Of a stretch of 64,000 bases of DNA, positions 16,567 through 26,600 are shown in pieces. Below the pieces are notes generated by a model. The model did not search any database. It worked only from the letters and a program-made list of their open reading frames with translations, and was not told the DNA's origin. Position 1 is the stretch's first letter. Each line of letters starts with the position of its first letter. The stretch is taken from positions 1 through 64,000 of the IMG/VR virus record IMGVR_UViG_3300046004_000818; one strand, written 5' to 3'. A program made the translations under genes and the position numbers. Source of the DNA: a virus.

Positions 16567-17778
16567 ATGACTTTCGCCTACATCGACAAAACTGGTGCAC
16601 AGCAACAAGTGGATATCCCTGCTGAAGAGATGTTCTCTGGTGCACTCAAGGCTAACCTGAGTCCAGTGGCCTTCATTAACCAGAAGTTCGCTGATGCTGA
16701 CCTGTCTATCGGCCCTGCTTTCAAGCAGATGCAAGCTGGTATGGGCATCTGCTCTCCCGGCACGGACAATCCCTATGGCCTGAAGTCTACCAGCATGGCT
16801 AACCTGCTGGATGGTACTGGCGGTTTTGGTGCTAACACGCAGCAAAACACCACACCTTTCGGTACTTCGTCCCGCGCCTTCACGATCATCTCGGTGATCG
16901 ATGCCATTGAATCGGCTATGGCTAAGGACCGTACTACGGATGCTGACAACTTCTACAGCATGGTCGGTGCTACCCTCGCCTTGAACAGCGAGCATTTTGA
17001 GCAGCCTGTGGTGGACTACGGCACTGTCGGTGGACCTGAGTCTGCCAAGTCACAGCGCGTTGTGCAAGGTGCTAACCCACCGAAGATGGCGTTCTTCAAG
17101 ACTGCTGACCGTATCCGCCGCATCGGATCGTGGACAGTTGGTATGGAGTGGACTCAGCAAGCTCTCCGCGCTACGACCTTGGATTTCGTGACCATGACAA
17201 TGGCTCGGTATCTGCAGGTTGAGCGTGATGAACGTGCTTACCGCTACGTGGCTGATCTGTATACTGGTAACGGTGATCTGGTGGTTGGTGCAGTCTCTGC
17301 CGTGACTACCACTTCTCTGGACTCTGCCGCTACTGGTGGTGTGGTTACCCACAAGTCTTGGATCAAGTTCTTGGCCCGTAACCGTAAGTATCGCAAGATC
17401 ACCCATTGCATCTGCGATATCGACACCTACCTGAAGATCGAGTCCCGTACTGGTCGCCCCGGTTCTAACAACTACGATCCTACCCTGTCGCGTATCGACC
17501 CACAACTGGTTTCTCCGAACCAGACGTTCGGTGGTGATGTGAAGTGGATCATCGTTGACTCGGCTGCTGAAGGTGGTCCGGTTCCTGCAAACACTGTCTA
17601 CGCCATTGATGCCAGCACTGCCATCACCTTGGTGACCAACAGCAATGCGGCCTACAGCGCGGTGGAAGCCTTCGCTCTCAAGCGCACCGAAGCCATGCGC
17701 CTTGACTGGTCCGAAGAAGTGTTCCGCACTTTCGGTGACAGCGATCTGCGCTCCTTCGACGTTCTGACGATTGCTTAA
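16567..17778 (+). CDS. Major capsid protein
   Basis: 403 aa, strong codon bias, AGGAG RBS, canonical position. Confidence 0.8.
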   Translation: MTFAYIDKTGAQQQVDIPAEEMFSGALKANLSPVAFINQKFADADLSIGPAFKQMQAGMGICSPGTDNPYGLKSTSMANLLDGTGGFGANTQQNTTPFGTSSRAFTIISVIDAIESAMAKDRTTDADNFYSMVGATLALNSEHFEQPVVDYGTVGGPESAKSQRVVQGANPPKMAFFKTADRIRRIGSWTVGMEWTQQALRATTLDFVTMTMARYLQVERDERAYRYVADLYTGNGDLVVGAVSAVTTTSLDSAATGGVVTHKSWIKFLARNRKYRKITHCICDIDTYLKIESRTGRPGSNNYDPTLSRIDPQLVSPNQTFGGDVKWIIVDSAAEGGPVPANTVYAIDASTAITLVTNSNAAYSAVEAFALKRTEAMRLDWSEEVFRTFGDSDLRSFDVLTIA

Positions 17779-17823
17779 TAGTGTCTAGTGGCAGGCTAAT
17801 AACCTGCCACATCCACCACCATC

Positions 17824-18009
17824 ATGACACAGCAACTCATCTTAGACGAGAAGGGCGAATTTTTCGTCAACACCTCTCAATTCGCCTTCATTGACACTAG
17901 CACTAATGTTCGCTTTGAACCCGGTATGCATGTCAAAACGAAGCAGACTGAATGGATGAAAGGGCAACCTGTCATTCAGAAGGTCGTAGCTGAAAAGCCA
18001 GTTAAATAA
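17824..18009 (+). CDS. Small hypothetical protein
   Basis: 61-aa ORF between the capsid gene and a terminator. Confidence 0.55.
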   Translation: MTQQLILDEKGEFFVNTSQFAFIDTSTNVRFEPGMHVKTKQTEWMKGQPVIQKVVAEKPVK

Positions 18010-18026
18010 GTCGAAGCCGATGAATA

Positions 18027-18052
18027 GAAAAGCCCTCCTAGGAGGGCTTTTC
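18027..18052. terminator. Bidirectional intrinsic terminator
   Basis: GAAAAGCCCTCC-TA-GGAGGGCTTTTC between convergent genes. Confidence 0.85.
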
Positions 18053-18895
18053 TTATGCTTCACATATGGCTACAGGTAGCTTAACACCTCTGTATGTATC
18101 TGTTATGTGTCTTCTAACTGTATCATAAGATATACCAAGGTAGGCTGCTGCAGCTTTGGCTGTTTTAAAGACTCTAGGCAGAGTGCTTTCACTAGTCCAC
18201 ACTAATACTTCTATACTATTACCTGGCAGATTCCCTAACATATCTAACCTAGTTACTCCGGTCTTCATCTTGCTAAGCTTATCTTTGGTCTCTGCAGTGT
18301 GCCTTCGTCCAGAGCTTGTCACGCGCAACTTCTCAATATGATCAGAAGTAAGCTGTCTTCCAGTATTCGCAACCCTAAGTTTCTCTCTAGTAGCACTTGA
18401 TGTAAGTCTTCCAGTGTTAGCTTTACTAATCTTTTTACGGCACTCTTCTGTTATAACTTTACCTAAACTGGCTTTACTTATGTTGCGTTTATGCTCTAGG
18501 CTTAAGGCTTTTCCTAACCTTTGCTGCCTGAGCCTTTCTTTCGTAAGTTCAGTATGCCTATACCCTATAGTGCCTTCACCACCTTCTGTAAGGTTATACC
18601 CCATTGGTGCAAGACTTCCTCTAGCAGCTATGAGCCTCTTTTCTTCCTCTCTTATGTCTGACTTACTATTATTTCCCTCTAGTAGTATAGCATAGCTAAA
18701 GGCTTCAGGCCCATATGTTGCCAAAGCCCTATGAAGATATGTATTAGCCCTATGCTTTCCTATGTGCTCCAACAGTCTTTTGTAAATGTTAGAGCTTTGA
18801 CCTATGTACTCTTTACCACTCTGATTGTGGCGTACACAGTACACTCCAGTGATAGCGTGCCTAGGGTCTAAATCTAACAAGTTATACCATATCAT
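18053..18895 (-). CDS. GIY-YIG homing endonuclease with NUMOD3 repeats
   Basis: GVYCVRH..KEYIGQS, GYNLTEGG, repeated HTxxTKxKLS/HKRNISKA units. Confidence 0.92.
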   Translation of the reverse strand: MIWYNLLDLDPRHAITGVYCVRHNQSGKEYIGQSSNIYKRLLEHIGKHRANTYLHRALATYGPEAFSYAILLEGNNSKSDIREEEKRLIAARGSLAPMGYNLTEGGEGTIGYRHTELTKERLRQQRLGKALSLEHKRNISKASLGKVITEECRKKISKANTGRLTSSATREKLRVANTGRQLTSDHIEKLRVTSSGRRHTAETKDKLSKMKTGVTRLDMLGNLPGNSIEVLVWTSESTLPRVFKTAKAAAAYLGISYDTVRRHITDTYRGVKLPVAICEA

Positions 18896-19038
18896 GATTT
18901 ACTATGTCTTGCTAGGTATTCGTCAATAATGCTTCTAAGAAGCCACGATATAGAGACACCATTTTTCAATGCTAGCTTTTCCAGCTTATCTTTTGAAGAT
19001 AAGGATACTCTGGCTATAATATTTGCCATCAGCTTCAT
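18892..19038 (-). CDS. Ribbon-helix-helix protein, 48 aa (not in the ORF track)
   Basis: Manual translation MKLMANIIARVSLSSKDKLEKLALKNGVSISWLLRSIIDEYLARHSKS; ATGA overlap with the GIY-YIG start. Confidence 0.78.
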   Translation of the reverse strand: MKLMANIIARVSLSSKDKLEKLALKNGVSISWLLRSIIDEYLARHSKS

Positions 19039-19057
19039 GACACCCTTTCTTAGTATT

Positions 19058-19076
19058 TGTAATACATTGTATCACA
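19058..19076 (-). promoter_or_regulatory. Extended -10 promoter overlapped by an operator-like inverted repeat
   Basis: Minus strand TG-A-TACAAT lies inside the palindrome TGTAATAC-ATT-GTATCACA. Confidence 0.55.
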
Positions 19077-19163
19077 ATTTATCCTGAAATTTAGCTACGT
19101 AGTTTATACTTGTGCAATTTTTGACGCAGCTAGCTCAGCTAGATAGGTGTATCATCAAAACCT

Positions 19164-19661
19164 ATGCCAATTACTTCGTTCACAACCTTTGACGAGATTC
19201 GCGCAGCTTTGGGAGTATCTGCCACAGAGCTTCCAGACAGTATTATAGGTCAGGAACAATATAGCACACTTGCAGTCTTAGACCTTGAGGCTGTCAATTC
19301 TGGCATACCTGCACTGTACTCTACGATTTTTGCACTTCCCGAGGCTAACCGATCTGCTGCTGAACAGCGGTACTACTTGTTAGTAAGATTGTTCATAACC
19401 TACGCAATAGCTCGCAACCTCTTAACCTCGTTACCCCTGTTCTCAGTATCTCGGTTATCTGACGGTCGTGCAGAATTTACTCGTCAACCTGACATATTTG
19501 AAGATGTGCGTCTAGGTGTTCAAGGTATGTTCAATACCTTGCGTACCAAGCTCACTACTTCTTATGTAGGTCTTGCTCCCCTTGAAGAGGCTTACAAACA
19601 AGCTAGCTTCAACTTCACAGTGTCTACGGGGCTGGGCCTAGACCCTGTGACAAATGCCTAG
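19164..19661 (+). CDS. Putative head-tail adaptor
   Basis: TTFDEIRAALGV N-terminus; position after the capsid gene. Confidence 0.55.
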   Translation: MPITSFTTFDEIRAALGVSATELPDSIIGQEQYSTLAVLDLEAVNSGIPALYSTIFALPEANRSAAEQRYYLLVRLFITYAIARNLLTSLPLFSVSRLSDGRAEFTRQPDIFEDVRLGVQGMFNTLRTKLTTSYVGLAPLEEAYKQASFNFTVSTGLGLDPVTNA

Positions 19662-20493
19662 TCTATTTGATGTTGCCAAGCACTTTGATGATATACCTGC
19701 CACTGATGGGTATACTGGAGCAGCTTTATTCAAGGTTCAAACTAGCACTTTCTTAGGTGCTAGTCCAGATGGCTCTGTAGCTCAGAAGCGTGTCTTCTCT
19801 ATGGACCCCGCCTTGACTATGCCTGTTCGTAGTTGCATAGTCACACTGGGTGAACGCTACATAACAGGTTCCACAATACTGGACGGTATCTACGGTCAAG
19901 CTATCCGTAGATCATACTGGGCAAAGCTGGTCACTGATAGCTTTGAGATACTTACACCGGGACAAGCCTGCCTTGGAACTGCAGGTGTTTCAGCCTATGG
20001 TCGTAGAGCATACCTTAAAGATACTGTCAACGGAGTAACAGACTCTGAGTATGACCCTTTCTGGGAAATATTCTTTGCCACTTCTGAATCTGTATTCAAA
20101 GGTAGCTTTTTCAAATCTGGTACCACGTTCTACCGTGCTAGGTCTCTCCACCTTGATGAAGCAGGCTTCCAGAACGCCGCTAGCGACGAGATTGATGCAG
20201 GGTCAAGGGTAAGTGTCACGTTTGCTCAAACGGGCCTCTACGACCCAATAAACGATTCCTACGCTGCCGGGAGCCTCACTACTACGGGTTTCTTAGTCGA
20301 TAGATATAAGATTTACGATCTGCTATCGTCTGCAGACAAGTTGAACCACGCAGGGGATATGACCTTGGTGGTAGCATCGAGTGCAGTTACTCCAGTGATA
20401 GGCCGTAACATTACTGTTGCTAGTCAGAACTACAGCATCCTTAATCGCACATCTGAGCAAGACGCTTGGAACCTCCATGTACGGAGGGTGTGA
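19654..20493 (+). CDS. Putative head closure/virion structural protein
   Basis: Position; beta-rich C-terminus ending WNLHVRRV. Confidence 0.5.
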   Translation: MPSLFDVAKHFDDIPATDGYTGAALFKVQTSTFLGASPDGSVAQKRVFSMDPALTMPVRSCIVTLGERYITGSTILDGIYGQAIRRSYWAKLVTDSFEILTPGQACLGTAGVSAYGRRAYLKDTVNGVTDSEYDPFWEIFFATSESVFKGSFFKSGTTFYRARSLHLDEAGFQNAASDEIDAGSRVSVTFAQTGLYDPINDSYAAGSLTTTGFLVDRYKIYDLLSSADKLNHAGDMTLVVASSAVTPVIGRNITVASQNYSILNRTSEQDAWNLHVRRV

Positions 20494-20996
20494 TGGGAAA
20501 GATGTTTGAGTTCAAAGGTCTGAACAACTTTAGAAATTCTATAGAAGGTAGGAAAGCCTCTATAGAGAAGAGGGCAAATGCAGCCTTCAGAGAGTATGTG
20601 GCAGATGTTTTAACGGAACTATCTCTTAACACACCTCAGTGGTCAGGAGACTTAGCTGCATCTTGGCGCGTGAAAGCTCAAGGTAGCAGTGGTACTAGGT
20701 CAGTGCGTACTGCAGGATACTATGGGCAAACTCCCTTTAAGCAAAATCCATATGATTCTCCTGCTCCCTTCCGCAAAGGATCAATGCCAGCGGTCGATTA
20801 TGCGTTAGCCAGAAACACAGATGTTATAAACACTATCTACTATAACACTAGGGTGACTATTTACAATGACAACCCTACTGGAGATACCATTACAGAATCT
20901 GGCTTAAGGCCGGGTAACTTCATACCCGGAGATATAATGGCTATAGCTCACGTTACCTATAAGTTTAGAATAGCAGGAGCAGGTACATGGAACTAG
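20493..20996 (+). CDS. Putative neck/tail completion protein (HK97 gp10-like)
   Basis: TPQWSGDLAASW motif; start moved to ATG 20493 (GGAGG RBS). Confidence 0.6.
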   Translation: MGKMFEFKGLNNFRNSIEGRKASIEKRANAAFREYVADVLTELSLNTPQWSGDLAASWRVKAQGSSGTRSVRTAGYYGQTPFKQNPYDSPAPFRKGSMPAVDYALARNTDVINTIYYNTRVTIYNDNPTGDTITESGLRPGNFIPGDIMAIAHVTYKFRIAGAGTWN

Positions 20997-21394
20997 CAAG
21001 ACAAGCGATAGTTACCGCTGTAGAGGCTGTGAAGGCTGGTGCACCTGTAGCTGGCCTTATCATCGAATACGATAACCGTATCATTGTTGATACGCAGACA
21101 CAGACCAAACCATTTTTCTGTGTGAACATGGTGTTAATGAACGGGCGTCAAGCAGACCTGAATGCCAAACCTATCCATAGGTTCAATGGTCAAATACATA
21201 TAGCTGCTGCAGTTAAGGACGGAGCAGGGTCTTCAGACGCCTTGAAATTACTTGACTACTTCTACCCACTACTGCATCAGAGAGCTTTAGGTAGCATCCG
21301 TACACATATGGCTAAACCTGCTCCAATGAAACCACATCTTGGCTGGTGTTACTACCCTATGCTAATCCCTTTCTGGTTTGACAAAACTTACTAA
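20987..21394 (+). CDS. Putative tail terminator
   Basis: IEYDN..PF..G.I.I pattern; immediately before the tail tube gene. Confidence 0.6.
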   Translation: MELARQAIVTAVEAVKAGAPVAGLIIEYDNRIIVDTQTQTKPFFCVNMVLMNGRQADLNAKPIHRFNGQIHIAAAVKDGAGSSDALKLLDYFYPLLHQRALGSIRTHMAKPAPMKPHLGWCYYPMLIPFWFDKTY

Positions 21395-21494
21395 GTGTTA
21401 GAACTGTCATACAAGAAACCACCCGAGTATTAAGAGTCAGTCCCCTCTGCCCTGAGATACAGAGTATTATCCCTCAACTTTCTGGAGAAACATT

Positions 21495-22715
21495 ATGCCC
21501 TTAGCATCTAGCTCACTTGTCCAAGTACGATACATTGCCGAAGCCACTTTTGGCGTGATCCCCGGCGCTGGTAATCCGAAGAACCTACGAATCACTGGTG
21601 AGTCCTTGAACTACGACATTTCCAAGGAATCGTCCAAGGAAATCAATAGTACCCGTACCGTATCCTCTGTCACTGCTACCACGGCCTCTGCCAATGGCGG
21701 CGTCAATGGCGAACTGTCCTATCAGGAATGGGATACCTTGATGGCGGCTACCTTGCAGTCTACTTGGACTGTTTTCGGTACCAATGGTGTTTCTGGTGCT
21801 TCGTCTAGCATTGCCTACACTGCCACAACTCTGACAGCCTCGGTTGCTACCGCTGGTAACGACTCTTGGGCCAGCCTGAAGAAGGGTCAATGGTTCCGTG
21901 TTGTTCACGCAGCTTCGCCCAACGATGGTAAGCTGTTCCGTGTGTCTAGCTCTGTAGCTCCAAGCACTACAGTGATCACCTTGGATGCCGGTACTCCAGC
22001 TAGTGTAGCAGCTACTTTGGTTGGTGGCTTCATTCAGACTCGTCGCCTGACTCACGGTGTTATTCAGACCAGCTATGTGATCGAACGTGCCAATACCGAC
22101 ATTAGTCAGTTCTTGGCCTACACTGGTATGACTCCTAGCAAGATGACCATTCAGGTCCAGTCTGCCAGTCTGTCGTCTATCAGCTTCGACTTCATGGGCA
22201 AGTCTGCTACTCGCGGTGCAGCTACACAGTTGCCGGGTTCCCCTGTCAACTCTTACGCCTTTGATGTGCAGTCTGGTGTGTCCGGTTCGTCTTGTGCCCT
22301 GTGGGAAGGTGGCGCACCTATCACTGGTACCTTCGTCAAGTCTGTGCAGTTGACCTATGACAACGCTCTGCGTAGTCAGGAAGCTATCTGCACCTTGGGC
22401 GCTGTAGCTATCGGCTCCGGTACGATCAATCTGACTGGTACTCTGTCGGTGTACTTCGCAGATGGCACCTTGTTTGACAAGTTCAAAACCAATACCAATT
22501 CCAGCTTGGCCTTCTCCAGCCTTGATACCGCTGGTAACGGTTACGTCTTCTCTATGCCAGTGGTCAATATCACTAGCTGGAAGGTATCTGCTGGTTCTAA
22601 GGATCAGGACATGATGATTGATATCAACTTCACTGCTCTGCGTGACGCTGCCAATGCTGATGCTACCTTGCAAAAGGCCTTCTTCATTGACTCTGTTGGC
22701 GTAGCTACTAGCTAA
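21495..22715 (+). CDS. Major tail tube protein
   Basis: YIAEATFGVIP..LRITGESL N-terminus; strong codon bias; followed by a terminator and chaperones. Confidence 0.85.
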   Translation: MPLASSSLVQVRYIAEATFGVIPGAGNPKNLRITGESLNYDISKESSKEINSTRTVSSVTATTASANGGVNGELSYQEWDTLMAATLQSTWTVFGTNGVSGASSSIAYTATTLTASVATAGNDSWASLKKGQWFRVVHAASPNDGKLFRVSSSVAPSTTVITLDAGTPASVAATLVGGFIQTRRLTHGVIQTSYVIERANTDISQFLAYTGMTPSKMTIQVQSASLSSISFDFMGKSATRGAATQLPGSPVNSYAFDVQSGVSGSSCALWEGGAPITGTFVKSVQLTYDNALRSQEAICTLGAVAIGSGTINLTGTLSVYFADGTLFDKFKTNTNSSLAFSSLDTAGNGYVFSMPVVNITSWKVSAGSKDQDMMIDINFTALRDAANADATLQKAFFIDSVGVATS

Positions 22716-22764
22716 TCTAGGTAACTAGCAACACTATCTCCCGGTTGGTTGGTGGTGTGATTAG

Positions 22765-22793
22765 CCCGGTGGACGAAAGTTCACCGGGTTTTT
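22765..22793 (+). terminator. Intrinsic terminator
   Basis: CCCGGTGGAC-GAAA-GTTCACCGGG-TTTTT. Confidence 0.85.
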
Positions 22794-22843
22794 CTATTTT
22801 CTGATGTAGAATCTTGGTTCCACTAACCAACTAGGATAAACCT

Positions 22844-23260
22844 ATGTCAAACGCTATTGACTTCTTCAACACCTTCGCCACTGACTCTGTAAAAGAGTCT
22901 AAGGGAACTGAAACCACGATGCCCGGTTGCGGCGATACCAAGTTCATAGTAGCCCGTGCTGGTAATGTCGAATATAACCGTTTGCTCTCTAGCCTCTACA
23001 AGCGCAATCGTGCACTGCTTGACAGCAAGGGTGAGACAGCCAATGCTAAGTCTGACGAAATCTTGGCAGAAGTCTATGCCAAAACAATTCTCTTGGGCTG
23101 GTCTGGCACCCTCTTGATTAAGGGCGTAGCTACTGCTTATAGCGAACAAGCTGCTAAGGGCTTGCTGTTGCTCAAAGACTTCCGCGCTGTGGTGGAGTCT
23201 GTAGCATCCGACATGAACACCTTCAAGGCAGTTCAGGATGATGAAGACGCAAAAAACTAA
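22844..23260 (+). CDS. Tail assembly chaperone (G)
   Basis: Position; AKTILLGW motif; ends at a slippery site. Confidence 0.8.
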   Translation: MSNAIDFFNTFATDSVKESKGTETTMPGCGDTKFIVARAGNVEYNRLLSSLYKRNRALLDSKGETANAKSDEILAEVYAKTILLGWSGTLLIKGVATAYSEQAAKGLLLLKDFRAVVESVASDMNTFKAVQDDEDAKN

Positions 23261-23601
23261 CAGCCTATCTTGAGTGGTCTGTTAAATGGGGTGGAGAGGT
23301 AAAATCTCTCCAACAGATGCAGGAAGAAACAGGCATAACCCCAAAGGCCCTTCTTGATAGGCCCTCCTTGGATCAGCGATGGTTCTTTGCTAAATCTGTA
23401 TTTGATGATCTAAGCGGTAGTAGGAACTATACGGCAGGTGGTCCAGCTAACATACCGTACACTGTGTATAGTATGTATGCCCATGATAGAGGCTTCTCGC
23501 AGTTAGACTTAATAGATGTGTGGGAAGACTTGTCACTTATTGACAGTATCTGGCTTACCAAAGTAGTAGAAAAGCAAGCAGCACAACGAAAGAGCACCTG
23601 A
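23251..23601 (+). CDS. Tail assembly chaperone GT extension via -1 frameshift
   Basis: A AAA AAC at 23251-23257 just before TAA; the -1 frame is open into the 23317-23601 ORF. Confidence 0.8.
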   Translation, partial: KKLTAYLEWSVKWGGEVKSLQQMQEETGITPKALLDRPSLDQRWFFAKSVFDDLSGSRNYTAGGPANIPYTVYSMYAHDRGFSQLDLIDVWEDLSLIDSIWLTKVVEKQAAQRKST

Positions 23602-23614
23602 TGGTGCTCTTTTT
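23589..23614 (+). terminator. Intrinsic terminator/attenuator
   Basis: AAAGAGCACC-TGAT-GGTGCTCTTT-TT. Confidence 0.7.
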
Positions 23615-23664
23615 ATTTGTAGGTTAAGGTAAAATGCTGTAAGCATTTTTTGGAGCGAACAGCA

Positions 23665-26600
23665 ATGTCAGACAATATCGGTCTTCAACTTGACCCTCCA
23701 AAGGGTGTTACCGAAACTATAACAGCCCTGACAGAGTTGGTCACGGCTGTTAACGGTGCTGAAAAGAAGCTAAACAATAATACCAACTTTGGCAAGCTCG
23801 GTATAGAAGAGGCCTTAGCTAAACTACCAAAGTCTTTAGGTGCTGTGGCTACAGCCCTCAAAGCTGCTATGTATAGTGTCAACCAAGTATTGACTGGCGG
23901 CAATGCTGAGACTGTGGATATAGTAAGGTCTGTCAATAGGGCTATACAGCAAGTTTTTGAGCAACGACTAGCTGTTGTCGGCACCATGACAGACAGGGAG
24001 ATAGCCAGTTGGCGCAAGTATGGTGTAAGTATCAACGGTCTACAGAAGGCACAGTTAGCCGATAACAAAGCTAATGTTGCTGCTTTAGTAGCCGCTAGAT
24101 CAGAGTTCGTAGCTATAGCTACCGCAGCAGATTCCAGAATGAATGCTGGTGGGTTGACATATGACAAAGCAAGAGATACTGCAGAAGCTAATGCTTATAA
24201 GAACCGACTAGCTCAAGCGCTTATATTTGATAAGTCTAGAGAAGCAGCTATGGTAGCTGCTGCGGCAAACTTTCAGAATATAGCCACAGCATCCAATGAG
24301 AAGATGTTGTCTCAGGCTATGATTTTCGACAAAGCCAGAGATGCTCAACTAGCTAGGTCTTATGATACGCAACTCGCCCAAGCTTTGGTATATGACAGGG
24401 CAAGAGATGCACAGATGGCTAAGTCTTATGAGACACAGCTTTCTCAAGCTTTACTGTTTGATAAAGCAAGAGATGCTCAGATAGCTAAGTCTTATGAAGA
24501 CAAACTTGCTCAAGCCTTGCTCTATGACAAGGCAAGAGATGCGCAGGTAGCTAAATCTTATGAGACACAGCTTGCTCAAGCTTTAACCTATGATAGAGCT
24601 AGAGATGCTCAGATAGCTAAGGCTTATGAGACCAAGCTAGCGCAAGCTCTGATCTACGACAAGGTTAGGGATGCTCAGATAGCCAAGTCATATGAGACAC
24701 AGCTTGCTCAGGCTATGATCTTTGATAAGGCTAGGGATGCTCAGATAGCTAAGTCTTATGAGACTAGGCTTACACAAGCATTGGCCTTTGATAAAGCAAG
24801 AGATGCTCAGTTAGCTAAATCTTACGAGACACAGCTTGCACAGGCCTTGATCTATGATAAGGCTAGGGATGCTCAGATAGCTAAGTCTTACGAGACTAGG
24901 GCTGCTCAAGCTTTGGCTTATGACAAGGCAAGAGATGCTCAGATAGCTAAGTCTTACGAGACACGGATGGCTAAAGAACTTGCTGCTATAAAGATGCAGG
25001 AAGAGTTGGATAAGTTATCATATGAAAAACGCTTAGCTTTTATGGCTAAGTTTAATGCAGCCGTAGCCAATGGTAAAGCCTTTGGCGGCATAAACTTTAC
25101 GTCTATGGAAGCCGCAATCAGTGGTATAAGTCGAGGCTTTGGAGGCATAGCAACTACCATAGCTCACCTCATACCTTTTGTGACTGCATTTGTCACAGCA
25201 GCCACCACCCTCAAGACCTTGAAAGTAGGTGCTGAGTTTGAGCAAAGCCTGTTTGTTATAAAGGAATTGGCTGGTAACTCCACAGAGGAAGTTAAAGGCT
25301 TATCTGATAGTATGCTGGAACTGTCTAAGACAGGGGTGTACGGTCCACTACAAATGGCTAAAGGTTTGGAGATACTGACCTTGGCAGGTCTGAATGCTAA
25401 GGATGCTTTCACAGCCCTCCAGCCTACATTGAACTTCTCGCTAGCTGGTGGTGTGAATCTAGATGCTGCGGCTTCAACATTAGTCGCAGTAGCTACTGCT
25501 TATGGTTACAGTGCTGAAGCATTTAGCACTGTTGGAGACATGATAGCCAAGACCGCTGCAGATTCTATGGCCTCTGTTCAAGGTCTAACAGAGTCCTTCA
25601 AGGCTGCTTCGGTTGTTGCTCAGTTGTACGGTGTGTCCTTGGAAGATACGTCCTATATGCTAAAGTCTTTGGCACAGATAGGTATTCAAGGCTCAGCCGC
25701 AGGAACCTCTGTACGTAACTTCTATACAGAGATCACCAAACAATCTGGTAAAGCTTTTGAGACCTTGAAGAAGCTAAAAGTAGAGATATACGATACTGAG
25801 GGGCTTAAGTCTACATTGGAAATATTCAAGGAATTAGCCTTGTCTATGGATAACTTAGACAAGCGTTCTAAACAAGCAGCAATGGCTGCTCTAACAAATG
25901 AGCGCGGCGGCAAGACTGGTATAGGTGTCATGGAGACAGCTAGGACCGATATAATTAAAGAGCTTAATAAGCAGGAGCGAGAACACAACCAGCTTACTGG
26001 CGAGAACATTACACTGACCACTACAGCTACATTAAGTCTTAAACAGCTTAGTGATGGCTACGACTCTCTCATAGCCAAGCAGAAGAAGTTTGCAAAAGAA
26101 GCTGCAGGCTTTACATTCCTAGCGGCTCTAGAGAACCAGCTTACCACTATGGGTAGCTATAAAGGATTACTGGCTAGTCTGGAAGGAGATTTCGCTAGAG
26201 CCTTTGGAGTTGCTAGCGATTCAGTATTCTTGTTGTCTGTGGAACTTAGGAAGGCTCTCAACTCTGACGAGTTCAATGCAGCCTTACAGACTCTGACAGG
26301 TGCCTTGATAGGCATGGCTACATCTTTCGCTAAAGCAGTAAGCTACATAAATACTAACACTACAGAGACTGTAGCAGCAGTGGCTATACTAGGTACTGTA
26401 TTTACAGCAGTAGGTATCGCATCTAACGCTGCCGCTATAGGGATAGATTTAGCTACCATAAGCCTTACCGGAGTAAGTTTGGCTATAGAGGGTACTACAG
26501 TACAGTTAGGAGTCATGAACACGGTATTTGCACTAGGCCCAGGCAAGATACTGCTACTGATTGCCTCTATTGGATTGCTGGTATATGAGATAGGCAAGAT

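Noticed and set aside
21585-22673. 362-aa antisense ORF opposite the tail tube gene (similar shadows occur over the capsid, tape measure and SSB genes)
   Set aside because: Explained by codon bias of highly expressed sense genes; no RBS or motifs
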